A stretch of DNA of 64,000 bases, taken from positions 12,524 through 76,523 of the forward strand of contig QCCX01000004.1 in assembly GCA_003278845.1 (NCBI GenBank), given 5' to 3'. Source of the DNA: Prochlorococcus sp. AG-347-O22 (lineage in GTDB: Bacteria > Cyanobacteriota > Cyanobacteriia > PCC-6307 > Cyanobiaceae). Under the pieces are notes generated by a model, which saw only the letters and a program-made list of their open reading frames with translations, was not told the DNA's origin and did not search any database. Of the stretch, positions 52,297 through 62,908 are shown one piece after another (the first letter of the stretch is position 1; every line of letters begins with the position of its first letter). The position numbers and the translations under genes are program-made.

Positions 52297-52551
52297 TTGA
52301 GTTACACGAAATCAAAGCAGTTTATTCAAAGTAAATCAAGCGAAGAATCTTCTTATGGTTCTGCTCGAAGTGATTTTGAAAGAGATGATGATGACCCTTT
52401 AAGTATAAGGAGTTTATCAATTACATCTCTAGGTATTATTTTTGCCATTTTGACAATTTTTTTACCTTCGATAAGCATTTTAATTGGAAGACCTTCATCT
52501 CAAGGAAACGAGATAATTCATAATCACGATTTTAAAAAAGATGGACCTTAG
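52297..52551 (+). CDS. Small single-TM hypothetical protein
   Basis: Acidic stretch ERDDDD then TM LSITSLGIIFAILTIFLPSISILI; stop overlaps ppa paralog start; start codon uncertain. Confidence 0.6.
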   Translation: MSYTKSKQFIQSKSSEESSYGSARSDFERDDDDPLSIRSLSITSLGIIFAILTIFLPSISILIGRPSSQGNEIIHNHDFKKDGP

Positions 52552-53095
52552 TTCAATACCTCCATCTCCAATGAAGGGAATAGTAAATATCGTTGTTGAA
52601 ATACCTGCGGGGAGTAGGAATAAATATGAATATTGTTCTGATGCAGGAATAATGGCTTTAGATAGAGTATTACATTCTTCAGTGAGGTACCCTTTTGATT
52701 ATGGTTTTATCCCAAATACCCTTGCTGATGATGGAGCTCCCCTTGATGCAATGGTGATAATGGACGAACCTACTTTTGCAGGTTGTCTAATAAAAGCAAG
52801 ACCTATTGGAGTTTTGGATATGCATGATTGTGGTGCATATGATGGAAAACTTTTATGTGTGCCTATGGCTAATCCTAGGCAGTCTAATATAGTGAGTATT
52901 AATCAAATTGCTCCTAATCAGCTTGAGGATGTTGCAGAATTTTTTAGAACAAGTAAAGGACTAGATGGAAGAACAGTTCAAATTGATGGTTGGAGGGATT
53001 TTGATGTAGTTGAAAATTTATTGAAAAGTTGTATGCCTCTAAAAAAGAAAAACTTTAAAGTTCTTAAGAAATCAAATATTAGTAAATTAAATTGA
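52541..53095 (+). CDS. ppa: Second family I pyrophosphatase paralog with altered catalytic residues
   Basis: VEIPAGSRNKYEY, LDR, YPFDYGF, but DDGAPLD (normally DGDPLD) and FFRTSK (normally FFxxYK). Confidence 0.85.
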   Translation: MDLSSIPPSPMKGIVNIVVEIPAGSRNKYEYCSDAGIMALDRVLHSSVRYPFDYGFIPNTLADDGAPLDAMVIMDEPTFAGCLIKARPIGVLDMHDCGAYDGKLLCVPMANPRQSNIVSINQIAPNQLEDVAEFFRTSKGLDGRTVQIDGWRDFDVVENLLKSCMPLKKKNFKVLKKSNISKLN

Positions 53096-53448
53096 GAAAA
53101 ATAATTTTTTACAGTTATTTAAAATGCTCTACATGCCGAAAAGCTGCAAAATGGCTTGAAAGGAAAGATTTTGAATTTCAGTTAATTGATATTGTAAAAG
53201 AACCTCCACTTGTTAATTATTTAAATTTAGCCTTAGAACAATACTCTGATGATAAGAAAAGGATTTTTAATACAAGAGGTAAAGCTTTTAAAACTCTTAA
53301 TCTTGATATTGATAGTTTGTCAAAGGAAGAAATTATTCAACTTCTTTTAAGTGATGGCAAATTAATAAAAAGACCATTTTTAATTTACGAAGGAAAAAAA
53401 GTAATATTAGGTTTTAACGAAATTGAATATGCAAAACAATTTATATAA
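53092..53448 (+). CDS. ArsC/Spx/MgsR family thioredoxin-fold protein
   Basis: CSTCRKA, FNTRG, LIKRP, GF motifs; start overlaps upstream stop. Confidence 0.88.
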   Translation: MRKIIFYSYLKCSTCRKAAKWLERKDFEFQLIDIVKEPPLVNYLNLALEQYSDDKKRIFNTRGKAFKTLNLDIDSLSKEEIIQLLLSDGKLIKRPFLIYEGKKVILGFNEIEYAKQFI

Positions 53449-53477
53449 GTTTAGAAATTCAAGACTTTTTTAATTTT

Positions 53478-54137
53478 ATGCCTGCTTCTATTAAAAGTTT
53501 TTTAAAAGAGTGGGGTTTATTGATCACATTAACTTTTTTTGTTTCTTCTTGTAGATCATTTTTTGCAGAACCACGTTACATCCCTTCTGGTTCAATGCTC
53601 CCAGAATTGCAAATAAACGATAGGCTGATTATTGAAAAATTTTCGCTAAGAAACTCTTTACCAAAAAGAGGAGATATTGTTGTTTTTAACTCACCTTACT
53701 CGTTTGACAAAAAATTAATTTCATCAAGATCTAAGCCTTTACCAAAAAAAAGTTATTGTTTTTTTATGAGTTTTCCTCCAATGTCGTTTATTCCTGGTTT
53801 GAGGGATCAAGCTTGCGATGCTTATATTAAAAGAGTGGTGGCCCTTCCAGGCGAAATTGTAAGTGTAAACTCTAATGGTGAATTAATAATAAATAATAAA
53901 TTAATTCCTGAACCATATGTCTCTTATAAGTGCTCATTAACCCTATTTAATAATTGTGGTAAATTTGAAAACATAAAAGTGCCAAAAGATCATTTTTTAG
54001 TTTTAGGTGATAATAGGGCAAATAGCTGGGATGGAAGATATTGGCCTGGAAGTAAATTCCTTCATAAAAAAGAGATAATTGGTAAAGCATATTTCAGATT
54101 TTGGCCTCTTAGTCAAGTTGGCTTTTTCAGTAAATGA
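53478..54137 (+). CDS. lepB: Signal peptidase I
   Basis: IPSGSMLP (Ser), YIKRV (Lys), GDNRANSWDGR. Confidence 0.95.
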   Translation: MPASIKSFLKEWGLLITLTFFVSSCRSFFAEPRYIPSGSMLPELQINDRLIIEKFSLRNSLPKRGDIVVFNSPYSFDKKLISSRSKPLPKKSYCFFMSFPPMSFIPGLRDQACDAYIKRVVALPGEIVSVNSNGELIINNKLIPEPYVSYKCSLTLFNNCGKFENIKVPKDHFLVLGDNRANSWDGRYWPGSKFLHKKEIIGKAYFRFWPLSQVGFFSK

Positions 54138-54189
54138 AGCCTTTTCCTGACTCTGGCTTTATCAAAATAAATTTTTAACAAGGCTTAAT

Positions 54190-55518
54190 TTAAAGTGCTC
54201 CTGAAGCAGTTGAATCAAGTATCCCCCCTAGGTGTGTTGTGATGTTAAGAGCGCTAATCACAGGGGGCTTATTAGGATCATTAAAAAGATCAATTATAGT
54301 TATGCCGCCATTACCCTGTTTTATCATCCAAATATTTGAATAATTAATCCCAAGGATATTACAAATTAGAGTTTTATTGACTGCATCATGAGCAACCATG
54401 AGGGTTTGATCATTATCCTTTTGAGATAAACAAATTTTGTCAAAAGCTTCTACTGACCTTTCTGATACATCTTTTATACATTCACCTTCGGGCATTATTA
54501 CTTCTTCAGGTTTATCATGCCAATTTTTTAGTAAAGAAGGCCACTCTTCTCTAATTTCTGCTTCCAATTTACCCTCCCATAATCCGTGACTGATTTCTAC
54601 TAGTGAATCTATTTTCTCAATTTTTAAATCTTTGTTATTTTGAAGGATTATTAGTGCGGTCTCATAAGGCCTATGCATTGAACTTGAAAATGCCTTATTG
54701 AAAGAAATATTTCTCAAATATTCAAAAGTCTTTCTTGCTTGATCTTTTCCGTTTTCATTTAAAGGGATATCAATTTGGCCTTGAAATCTACCTTCCTTGT
54801 TCCAGTTAGTTTCACCATGCCTTATTAGAAATATTCTGGAATCTCCAATTTTATTTGGAATATTTTTATTAAGATGGGAAGTTTGATTTAAGCATTCAAT
54901 TTGAGTCTTAAAAGAGTTATCTTTCTTTGAAATATTGAGTATCGAGAAAGAAGCATTTTCTAATCTTATTTTTCTAAAACCTTGCTTAGGCCTTCCTAAT
55001 AACAAGAGAATTAAACATCTGATAATTGCATTATGTCCAACAACTAAAATATTTATATCATCTTTGTCTTGATAAATTTTTAAAATATCTTCTACAAAAT
55101 TTGTTGCTTGAAAAAATAACTCTTGAATTGGTTTATAAGTTGTATTGTCATTTCTTTTTAAGATAAGATTTTCAGGATCATTTTTCCATATAGGGTAAAT
55201 TTCTGGAAATTTCTTTTTTATTTCATCAATTTTTAGACCAGACCATTCACTAAGATCTACCTCAAGCAAATTATCGTCGAATACAATATTTTGTTCTTTA
55301 TTGAAGGTCTTTTTAATCGTTTTTGCAGTCTCTGCCGCTCTCACAAGTGGGGAGGAATAGATTTTATCGAAGTTTATTTTTGATAATGCTTTTCCTGCTT
55401 TTCGGGCTTGTTCGTATCCTTCATCAGTTAATAATGAATCGTCTGTTCTTCCTTGAATTAATCCTTTTGCATTGAAACTGCTTAGCCCGTGCCTAACTAA
55501 AACTAATCTTATAGCCAT
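54190..55518 (-). CDS. Tandem-domain histidine phosphatase (PGAM family; plausibly the cyanobacterial phosphoserine phosphatase)
   Basis: Two RHG motifs (LVRHG, LIRHG), each with downstream Arg and His. Confidence 0.88.
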   Translation of the reverse strand: MAIRLVLVRHGLSSFNAKGLIQGRTDDSLLTDEGYEQARKAGKALSKINFDKIYSSPLVRAAETAKTIKKTFNKEQNIVFDDNLLEVDLSEWSGLKIDEIKKKFPEIYPIWKNDPENLILKRNDNTTYKPIQELFFQATNFVEDILKIYQDKDDINILVVGHNAIIRCLILLLLGRPKQGFRKIRLENASFSILNISKKDNSFKTQIECLNQTSHLNKNIPNKIGDSRIFLIRHGETNWNKEGRFQGQIDIPLNENGKDQARKTFEYLRNISFNKAFSSSMHRPYETALIILQNNKDLKIEKIDSLVEISHGLWEGKLEAEIREEWPSLLKNWHDKPEEVIMPEGECIKDVSERSVEAFDKICLSQKDNDQTLMVAHDAVNKTLICNILGINYSNIWMIKQGNGGITIIDLFNDPNKPPVISALNITTHLGGILDSTASGAL

Positions 55519-55634
55519 TATATAAATTTGAAAATTAAGATAATTTAATCATCTCATGGCGTGATTAAAATAGATACATAAATATAAGGAAATTCAATGA
55601 TAACTAACTATAGTTTTCAAGAATATAATAAGTT

Positions 55635-56996
55635 ATGATCTTTAAAAATAGTTCTAAGTTAAAACTCACTTTAGCTTTTATTTCTATTGTCATAACTTTT
55701 TTTGTATGGCAACAAGGCTTAAGAGACAGTTTAAATAGACCATCTGTTTCATTTGATATAAGTCAAAAAGAGCAAGAAATTGCTGAATTATCTGTCCAAT
55801 CAATACCTGTAAATCTTAAAAAATTTTTTATAATAAATGATCCTGTTGATCAAATAAATAAATCACTCTCTGATGTCTCATTTGAAGAGCTAACAGAAAG
55901 AAATAAATTAATTCGAATAATCACATCAGAATCAAATAATTCTTTAATTTATAAAAATATATCCAAAGATTTTAAAGATAAAAACTTTAAATTTCTGATT
56001 GATGAGATAGAAAAAAAATCTAATGATAATTCATATAGAGCAAATTCTGATAAATTTGACTTATTTAAAGATGATAGATTTTTATATCACCTTTTAAGCA
56101 GGAAATTTGATTTTGACGATAGTGCATTAATAACAAAATCATTTTCAAGAAAAATGTTTTTTAAAATATTAGCTATAAGACTTATTCCACTTTTAACAAT
56201 ACTTATTGGCTCTATTCTGGCTTTAAAAATATTATGGAAAACCATATCTTTGAAAAAGTTTGGTTGGAAAGAAATTAAATCCTTAGATTTAGAATTAATA
56301 GATATGGTTTTATTAATTGCAGGTGGATTTGTTGTTTTAGGAGAAGTGGTGTCACCTTTATTTTCTATCAGTTTGGTTGAACTTTTTTCTAAAAATATCT
56401 CTAATGAATTGTCTCAATCTTTAAAAATTTTCTTTGGATATCTTTTTATGGCTATTCCGCCATTATGGATAGTTTTTTATCAAATTAAATCCTTGAATGG
56501 TGAATTTACTTTTAAAAAGGATTATTTACAGTTCAATTTCTTGCCAATAAAATATGCAATTATTCAGGGAATTAAAGGTTGGTTAACAATTGTTCCTTTT
56601 GTTTTATTGATCTCTCTAATTATGAATAGTCTGATCGATAATCAGAATGGTAGTAACCCCTTGCTGGAAATTGTTCTTAATAATAATAATTACTTATCAT
56701 TTTTTCTATTATTTGTAACAACAACTCTATTAGCTCCTCTATTTGAAGAGATTATATTTCGCGGTATTTTACTGCCAACTCTTTCAAGAGATTTTGGAGT
56801 AATTTCTGGCATCGTAGTTTCAGCTTTTATCTTTGCATTGGCCCATTTAAGTTTGGGAGAAATGCCGCCATTATTTGTTCTAGGGATTGGATTAGCAATT
56901 ACAAGAATTGCTTCAGGGAGTTTGTTTTCCTCAGTGATTATGCATTCTTTATGGAATGGATTGACTTTCTTAAATTTGTTCCTACTGAGGACTTAA
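55635..56996 (+). CDS. CPBP/CAAX (Abi) intramembrane metalloprotease
   Basis: EEIIFRG, FALAH, HSLWN; multi-TM. Confidence 0.9.
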   Translation: MIFKNSSKLKLTLAFISIVITFFVWQQGLRDSLNRPSVSFDISQKEQEIAELSVQSIPVNLKKFFIINDPVDQINKSLSDVSFEELTERNKLIRIITSESNNSLIYKNISKDFKDKNFKFLIDEIEKKSNDNSYRANSDKFDLFKDDRFLYHLLSRKFDFDDSALITKSFSRKMFFKILAIRLIPLLTILIGSILALKILWKTISLKKFGWKEIKSLDLELIDMVLLIAGGFVVLGEVVSPLFSISLVELFSKNISNELSQSLKIFFGYLFMAIPPLWIVFYQIKSLNGEFTFKKDYLQFNFLPIKYAIIQGIKGWLTIVPFVLLISLIMNSLIDNQNGSNPLLEIVLNNNNYLSFFLLFVTTTLLAPLFEEIIFRGILLPTLSRDFGVISGIVVSAFIFALAHLSLGEMPPLFVLGIGLAITRIASGSLFSSVIMHSLWNGLTFLNLFLLRT

Positions 56997-57080
56997 AGAA
57001 TTTAATTTTTACTTGCGAATTAAACAAAAAGATGTTTATTTAATTAATAACACTTCTTTTATTTAAAAAATAAATCATAG

Positions 57081-57509
57081 ATGAAACCTTATGGGAATCA
57101 ACTTAATTTAAAAAAAAAAGTTTTATATGAAAGTAAAAAAAACTCTGAAAAAATATCTATAATTAAGTTCAAATTAATACATCAAATTTTCGACACAATT
57201 AATATTTCTCTTTTAGTATTAATTTTCACTTTGTTTTTCTTGTCTTTTAATAGTCAAAGAAAATGGTCAAATACATATAAAAACTTATCCAAAACAAGAG
57301 CTATCAATAATAATCTTATTGATTATATTTCCAAAATCGAGCAATTTTATATTAGTGAACTTGAGTCTATTAATACTTATACAAAAACTAAACCTAAAGA
57401 TTTAATCTATCTAGATAAACTTCCAGAAAAAAAAGAAAGTTTATTTAAGAAAAATTTAAGTAGTTTCATTGAAGGTTTTGTAGATAGCAAATATCAAAGG
57501 GGATATTGA
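57081..57509 (+). CDS. Bitopic coiled-coil membrane protein, possible FtsL-like
   Basis: Basic N-terminus, one TM, heptad-like segment; TGATG coupling to ftsI. Confidence 0.6.
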   Translation: MKPYGNQLNLKKKVLYESKKNSEKISIIKFKLIHQIFDTINISLLVLIFTLFFLSFNSQRKWSNTYKNLSKTRAINNNLIDYISKIEQFYISELESINTYTKTKPKDLIYLDKLPEKKESLFKKNLSSFIEGFVDSKYQRGY

Positions 57510-59260
57510 TGAAAAAATACAAAAAAATTGTTCGTCTAACACCACTGGATCAAAGAAGATTTAAATTTCTCTATTTTTTTAGCTTAATACTAATATTTTG
57601 TTTGTTTGGTAGGTTAGTTAAATTGCAAGTCTTTAACGCATCTGATTTACAAAGGAAAGCTAGATTAATACAGTCTTCTAAAATTAACGCCCTAAAAAAA
57701 AGGAGATCAATTGTTGATAGAAATAATAGACTAATTGCTTACGATAAACCTCTCTACAAATTATGGGCCCATCCACAATATTTTAATTTTCCAGGTGATT
57801 CAATTAATAGAGTTCGCAGTATTGAAGAAGTTACAAAAAAATTGTCATCTATCTTGGGTATTAATAATGAAATACTCGTTGAGAAATTTAATAATAAAAT
57901 GATTGGTATCAAGCTTTTGGATAAGATTTCTGAAGAAAAGGCAGAAAAGATTAAGAACCTTCAAATAAGCGGACTTGATTTGTTTAAATATTCGCATAGA
58001 TATTATCCCCAAGGAGAGCTTTACTCTAATCTTATAGGTTTTGTTAATGATGAGAATAAAGGTTCAGCAGGTTTAGAGCTTCATTTAGATAATCAAATTA
58101 AAGTTTTTAATAAAAGTAATTTGATAAAAAGAGGAGGAGATGGAACTCCTCTGCCGGATAATTCGGCCCCAGGTGATTTTATTTATGATTACAAAAGTTT
58201 AGGACTAACTATAGACTCAAAATTACAGAAAGCGTCATTAAATGCATTATCAAAGCAAGTAAGTGAATGGAAAGCAAAGAAGGGATTTGCCATAGTTATG
58301 GATGTTAATAATGGTCGGATCCTCTCCTTGGTTACAGCCCCGTCATATGATCCAAATAAATTTTGGCAGTATGATTCTGAACTTTTTAGGGGTTGGTATT
58401 CTCAAGATTTATTTGAGCCTGGTTCAACTTTTAAACCTATTAATCTTGCCTTAGCGTTAGAAGAAAAAGTAATCCAGAAAGATGGATTAGTTGAAGATAT
58501 TGGAAAGATTAAGATTGGAGGATGGACACTTTCGAATTGGAATAAAAAAGGTAATGGATACATTGACTATCCAAAAGTATTGCAGGTTTCAAGTAATGTT
58601 GGGATGGTAAAAATAATGCAAAATTTAGACCCCACAATTTATTGGGATTGGCTACAAAATTTAGGAATAAATAAAAATTTAGAGACTGACTTATTTGAAT
58701 CAACTGCTGGCCAACTAAAGAGAAAAGATTTATTTGTAAATCAATCAATTGAACCTGCCGTGACTTCTTTTGGTAAAGGGTTCTCAATCTCGCCACTTAA
58801 ATTGGTTCAACTTCATGCGGCTTTAGCAAATGGGGGTTTTGAAGTAACTCCACATGTAACCTCAACTTTCAATGAAAGAGTTAATAAAAATCCAAAGAAA
58901 CAATTTTTTTCACAGGATGTCTCTAAAATTGTTCTTGAATGGATGGAGAGTGTAGTTGATAAAGGTAGTGGATCTGGAGCGAAAATCGAGGGTTACAGGA
59001 TAGCGGGGAAAACGGGTACTTCTCAAAAAGCCATAAATGGTTCGTATACAAGTAAAAAAGTTTGTAGTTTTGTCGCAACCTTACCAGTTAATGATCCAAA
59101 ATTTGCTGTCCTCGTGGTTGTTGATGAGCCATCTAAACCATATGCATATGGCTCAACTGTTGCAGTACCTGTAGCGAAAGAAATTATCGAGAGTTTGATA
59201 GTAATTGAAAAAATACCTCCTAGTATTGAAGATCATGGAATGATTGTTAAAAAACCCTAA
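57509..59260 (+). CDS. ftsI: Class B penicillin-binding protein (FtsI/PBP3)
   Basis: N-terminal TM, RR.IVDRN, RYYP, EPGSTFK (SxxK), SSN, KTGT. Confidence 0.92.
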   Translation: MKKYKKIVRLTPLDQRRFKFLYFFSLILIFCLFGRLVKLQVFNASDLQRKARLIQSSKINALKKRRSIVDRNNRLIAYDKPLYKLWAHPQYFNFPGDSINRVRSIEEVTKKLSSILGINNEILVEKFNNKMIGIKLLDKISEEKAEKIKNLQISGLDLFKYSHRYYPQGELYSNLIGFVNDENKGSAGLELHLDNQIKVFNKSNLIKRGGDGTPLPDNSAPGDFIYDYKSLGLTIDSKLQKASLNALSKQVSEWKAKKGFAIVMDVNNGRILSLVTAPSYDPNKFWQYDSELFRGWYSQDLFEPGSTFKPINLALALEEKVIQKDGLVEDIGKIKIGGWTLSNWNKKGNGYIDYPKVLQVSSNVGMVKIMQNLDPTIYWDWLQNLGINKNLETDLFESTAGQLKRKDLFVNQSIEPAVTSFGKGFSISPLKLVQLHAALANGGFEVTPHVTSTFNERVNKNPKKQFFSQDVSKIVLEWMESVVDKGSGSGAKIEGYRIAGKTGTSQKAINGSYTSKKVCSFVATLPVNDPKFAVLVVVDEPSKPYAYGSTVAVPVAKEIIESLIVIEKIPPSIEDHGMIVKKP

Positions 59261-59325
59261 AATTATCCATTTTTATAAATATTTAGTTCATTATCTGATG
59301 ATTTCATTAGGAATAAAAGCTAGTT

Positions 59326-59338
59326 TATATATATATAT
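59326..59338 (+). repeat. (TA)6T microsatellite in the tal leader
   Basis: tatatatatatat ending 12 nt before the tal ATG. Confidence 0.8.
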
Positions 59339-59350
59339 GATTATCTAGAT

Positions 59351-60352
59351 ATGAAATCAATTTTAGAACAATTGTCCTCAATGACCATTGTTGTTGCTGA
59401 TACTGGAGATTTAGATTCGATAAAAAAATTTCAACCAAGGGACGCCACCACCAATCCATCGCTAATACTTGCTGCTGCCAAGAACCCTAATTATGTGAAA
59501 TTAATTGATAAAGCTTTAGAAAGTTCAGAAAATGCCTTGTCCCAGGGATTTTCTGAAATTGAATTAATCAAAGAAACTGTTGACCAGGTTTCAGTATTTT
59601 TTGGAAAAGAAATTTTGAAAATTATTTCAGGGCGGGTATCTACAGAAGTTGATGCAAGACTGAGCTTTGACACCAAAGCTACAGTAGAAAAAGCGAGAAA
59701 GTTAATCAACCTCTACAAAAATTTAGGAATTGAAAAGGAAAGAATTTTGATTAAGATTGCAGCAACTTGGGAGGGAATTAAGGCAGCTGAAATTTTGGAA
59801 AAAGAGGGAATTAAGTGCAACTTAACTTTACTTTTTAACTTCTGCCAAGCGGTAACTTGTGCCAATGCAAAGATAACTCTAATTTCTCCGTTCGTTGGCC
59901 GTATATTAGATTGGCATAAAGCAAAAACTGGTAAAACTAGTTTTGTTGGTGCTGAAGACCCTGGTGTTATTTCGGTTACGCAAATATACAAGTACTTTAA
60001 AGAAAAGGGATTCAAGACAGAAGTAATGGGAGCGAGTTTTAGAAATCTCGATGAAATAAAAGAATTAGCAGGTTGCGATCTTTTAACAATAGCACCAAAA
60101 TTTCTTGAGGAACTTAAAAAAGAAAAAGGAGAGTTAGTTAGGAAATTAGATGAAAGTACCCAAATAAACAATTCTATTGATTACGAATTTGAAGAAAAAG
60201 ATTTCAGATTAAGTATGTTAGAAGATCAAATGGCAAGTGAAAAGCTTAGTGAAGGTATCACTGGATTCAGTAAGGCTATAGAAGAATTAGAAGAGCTGCT
60301 ACTAAAGAGATATTCAGAGATTAAAAATCATAAATTAATTTCTGCTAACTAA
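59351..60352 (+). CDS. tal: Transaldolase (TalB type)
   Basis: [40 protein letters not shown]. Confidence 0.97.
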   Translation: MKSILEQLSSMTIVVADTGDLDSIKKFQPRDATTNPSLILAAAKNPNYVKLIDKALESSENALSQGFSEIELIKETVDQVSVFFGKEILKIISGRVSTEVDARLSFDTKATVEKARKLINLYKNLGIEKERILIKIAATWEGIKAAEILEKEGIKCNLTLLFNFCQAVTCANAKITLISPFVGRILDWHKAKTGKTSFVGAEDPGVISVTQIYKYFKEKGFKTEVMGASFRNLDEIKELAGCDLLTIAPKFLEELKKEKGELVRKLDESTQINNSIDYEFEEKDFRLSMLEDQMASEKLSEGITGFSKAIEELEELLLKRYSEIKNHKLISAN

Positions 60353-60376
60353 ATTCAAGTTCGAATTGAAAAAGAA

Positions 60377-61510
60377 TTAAGCCCCCCTTTTTGTTAAAAG
60401 TCGTTTGATAACTCTTTTTGCAATATCTTCATAACTCATTTCTCCTGATAATATTTGAGCAATACGTTTAGGTGCTGTTTTTCTTTTGACACCTAATTGA
60501 TATCCAGTTCTTGGAAATCTATAAAATACTTGGGCTATTCTCCTCCCCCAAGCCATTGATTTCCCCCAAATGTTGTTAATTTTCTTCGTATAAAGATTTA
60601 AATCATCTAATTTCCCTGATAGGAACTGATCTATGTATTCTGCAGCATAAAAACTGCTAATTAAAGATGGTCTAATTCCTTCAGCTAAAAATGTATCACA
60701 TAGAGATGCTGCATCTCCAACCGCTAAAACTTTGTCACCATTAATTGAGTGGAAGCCATTCCATATTCTCAGTTTCTTACTAATTATTTTATTCGGAAAA
60801 TCATCAAAACCGAAGCTTCTGATAACTTGTTTATTTATAGCCTGATTTTCTAAGAGACCATTATTTATAAAAGTACCTAAACCAACGTTTAAGCTTTCTC
60901 TTAGGGGGAATGCCCATGCAAAGCCATATTTTATAAATCCAAACTCAAATCTAACTGCATCTCTAGGTATTTCACCTAACCCTTTCAATCTTAATGAGAT
61001 TGTGTTGGCAAATTTCGGCTTTCTTGGCCCTAAATTGAAATAACCCGCCCATTTCGATTGGGAGCCATCTGCAATTACAAGAAATTCCGCAACATATTTT
61101 ATTTTGTTATTGCAAGTAATTTCCCATTTATCATTTTTTTTTATGATTTTTTCTATCAATAATGGTCTCATTATCTGAGCTCCATTACTCAAGGATTCAT
61201 CAAGTAATAATTGATCTAGTTTTTCTCTTTTAACAATCCAAAATGGGGATTCACCAGTCAGATCAGCAGTTACATTATCTGCAGCCTTCCATCTGAATTC
61301 AACATTTTTAATTTTTGATTCTATGCAATCTTCTATATTTAGAGGAAGAAATCTTTGCATTGAAGATGCCATCCCACCTGCACATGGTTTGTAATCTTGG
61401 GATTTTTCTTTTTCAATAATTAAAACTGAATATCCTTTCTTTGATAGGTTAAGAGCAGTGGAAGATCCTGAAAGACCACCACCAATTATTACAACGTCAA
61501 ATTCTGTCAA
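60377..61510 (-). CDS. FAD-dependent oxidoreductase, geranylgeranyl-reductase family
   Basis: GGGLSG, KPCAGG, IADG, WAFP, GDAA..AEGI. Confidence 0.88.
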   Translation of the reverse strand: MTEFDVVIIGGGLSGSSTALNLSKKGYSVLIIEKEKSQDYKPCAGGMASSMQRFLPLNIEDCIESKIKNVEFRWKAADNVTADLTGESPFWIVKREKLDQLLLDESLSNGAQIMRPLLIEKIIKKNDKWEITCNNKIKYVAEFLVIADGSQSKWAGYFNLGPRKPKFANTISLRLKGLGEIPRDAVRFEFGFIKYGFAWAFPLRESLNVGLGTFINNGLLENQAINKQVIRSFGFDDFPNKIISKKLRIWNGFHSINGDKVLAVGDAASLCDTFLAEGIRPSLISSFYAAEYIDQFLSGKLDDLNLYTKKINNIWGKSMAWGRRIAQVFYRFPRTGYQLGVKRKTAPKRIAQILSGEMSYEDIAKRVIKRLLTKRGA

Positions 61511-62055
61511 ACTTTTAGAATTTCCTTCTCTTTCTCAGACAATTTAGTTTCTATTAAAGCGATATATTTATCAGTAATTTTCTGAATTTCAGATTGATTA
61601 TCTCTCGATTCGTCAATTGAAATAAGGCCATCTTTTTCCTCTTTTTTTTCTTTTTCAACAGCATCTCTTCTGATATTTCTCAAGGCTACTTTTCCTTCCT
61701 CAGCATATTTAGAGGCTAATTTACAAAATTCTTTTCTTCTTTCTTCTGTTAAAGGAGGAACATTTATTCTTATTACTTTCCCATCATTATTTGGAGTAAT
61801 ACCTAAATCACTCATAGAAATAGATTTCTCTATCGCTTGTAAACATGAAATATCGAAAGGTTGTATTGAGATTGTTTGTGAATCAACAGTGCTTATAGTG
61901 GCAAGCGATTTGATTGGTGTTTCTGCTCCGTAGTACTCAACACTTACTCTGTCTAACAAGGAAGCATTAGCTCTACCTGTCCTAATTGTATTAAAGTTTC
62001 TTTGTGTGGCTTCAATACTTTTATTCATATTTTCTTGAATTTCTTTTTCTTTCAT
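61507..62055 (-). CDS. frr: Ribosome recycling factor
   Basis: [27 protein letters not shown]. Confidence 0.97.
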   Translation of the reverse strand: MKEKEIQENMNKSIEATQRNFNTIRTGRANASLLDRVSVEYYGAETPIKSLATISTVDSQTISIQPFDISCLQAIEKSISMSDLGITPNNDGKVIRINVPPLTEERRKEFCKLASKYAEEGKVALRNIRRDAVEKEKKEEKDGLISIDESRDNQSEIQKITDKYIALIETKLSEKEKEILKV

Positions 62056-62077
62056 AATTAAAAAAATTAAATGATCT

Positions 62078-62782
62078 TTAACTAATTAAAGAGCCTATTG
62101 GCTCACCAGCAACAGCTTTAGAAATGTTCCCTTTTTTGAATATATCAAAAACCATAATTGGGATATTATTATCTTTGCAAAGTGCAATCGCAGTACTGTC
62201 CATTACTGCAATTTCATCAGTAAGAACTTGTTGATAACTGAGAGAGAAATATTTTTTTGCATCTTTAAATTGATTTGGATCACGATCGTATACTCCGTCA
62301 ACCTTAGTAGCCTTCATAACAACTTCAGCGTTTATCTCTGCTGCCCTCAAAGCTGCCGTAGTATCAGTTGTAAAAAATGGATTTCCGCATCCACCTCCGA
62401 AAACTACAACTCTACCTTTTTCTAGGTGCCTTATGGCTCTTCTTCTAATGTAGGGTTCTGCAATCTCCTGCATTTCGATTGCTGTTTGCACTCTGGTTGC
62501 AACTCCTACTCTTTCAAGACCATCTTGAAGTGAAATTGCGTTCATTACTGTTGCTAGCATCCCTACATAATCAGCAGTTGCGCGATCCATTCCGTCTGCT
62601 GATCCTTTAAGCCCCCTAAAAATGTTTCCACCACCAACAACTATTGCAAGTTGTACATTATTTTCTACTACTTTTGAAACATCCTCTGCAATTGATTGAA
62701 CTATAGCAGGATCAATACCATAAGGTTTTTCACCCATTAGTGCTTCACCACTAAGTTTTAAGAGAACTCTTTTGTAAGTCAT
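62078..62782 (-). CDS. pyrH: UMP kinase
   Basis: [29 protein letters not shown]. Confidence 0.98.
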   Translation of the reverse strand: MTYKRVLLKLSGEALMGEKPYGIDPAIVQSIAEDVSKVVENNVQLAIVVGGGNIFRGLKGSADGMDRATADYVGMLATVMNAISLQDGLERVGVATRVQTAIEMQEIAEPYIRRRAIRHLEKGRVVVFGGGCGNPFFTTDTTAALRAAEINAEVVMKATKVDGVYDRDPNQFKDAKKYFSLSYQQVLTDEIAVMDSTAIALCKDNNIPIMVFDIFKKGNISKAVAGEPIGSLIS

Positions 62783-62908
62783 TCAATAATTGTACTTTTA
62801 AGACCTTAGCAAGTAAATGTGCCAAATTTATTTTTTGTTCAGATATTGCTTGCGTCTTTAAACATTTCTAAACCTGCCTAAATAAAATTCAAATAAAATT
62901 TACTTCAA

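Noticed and set aside
54137-54187. AAGCCTT...AAGGCTT inverted repeat between lepB and the histidine phosphatase
   Set aside because: Arms are about 36 nt apart with no convincing stem or U-tract, too weak to call a terminator.
55635-56996. Abi-named protease as an anti-phage system
   Set aside because: CPBP/CAAX family housekeeping-type protease in a core context with no defence neighbours.
59491-60171. 152-aa and 72-aa ORFs antisense to tal
   Set aside because: Shadow ORFs of a conserved gene.
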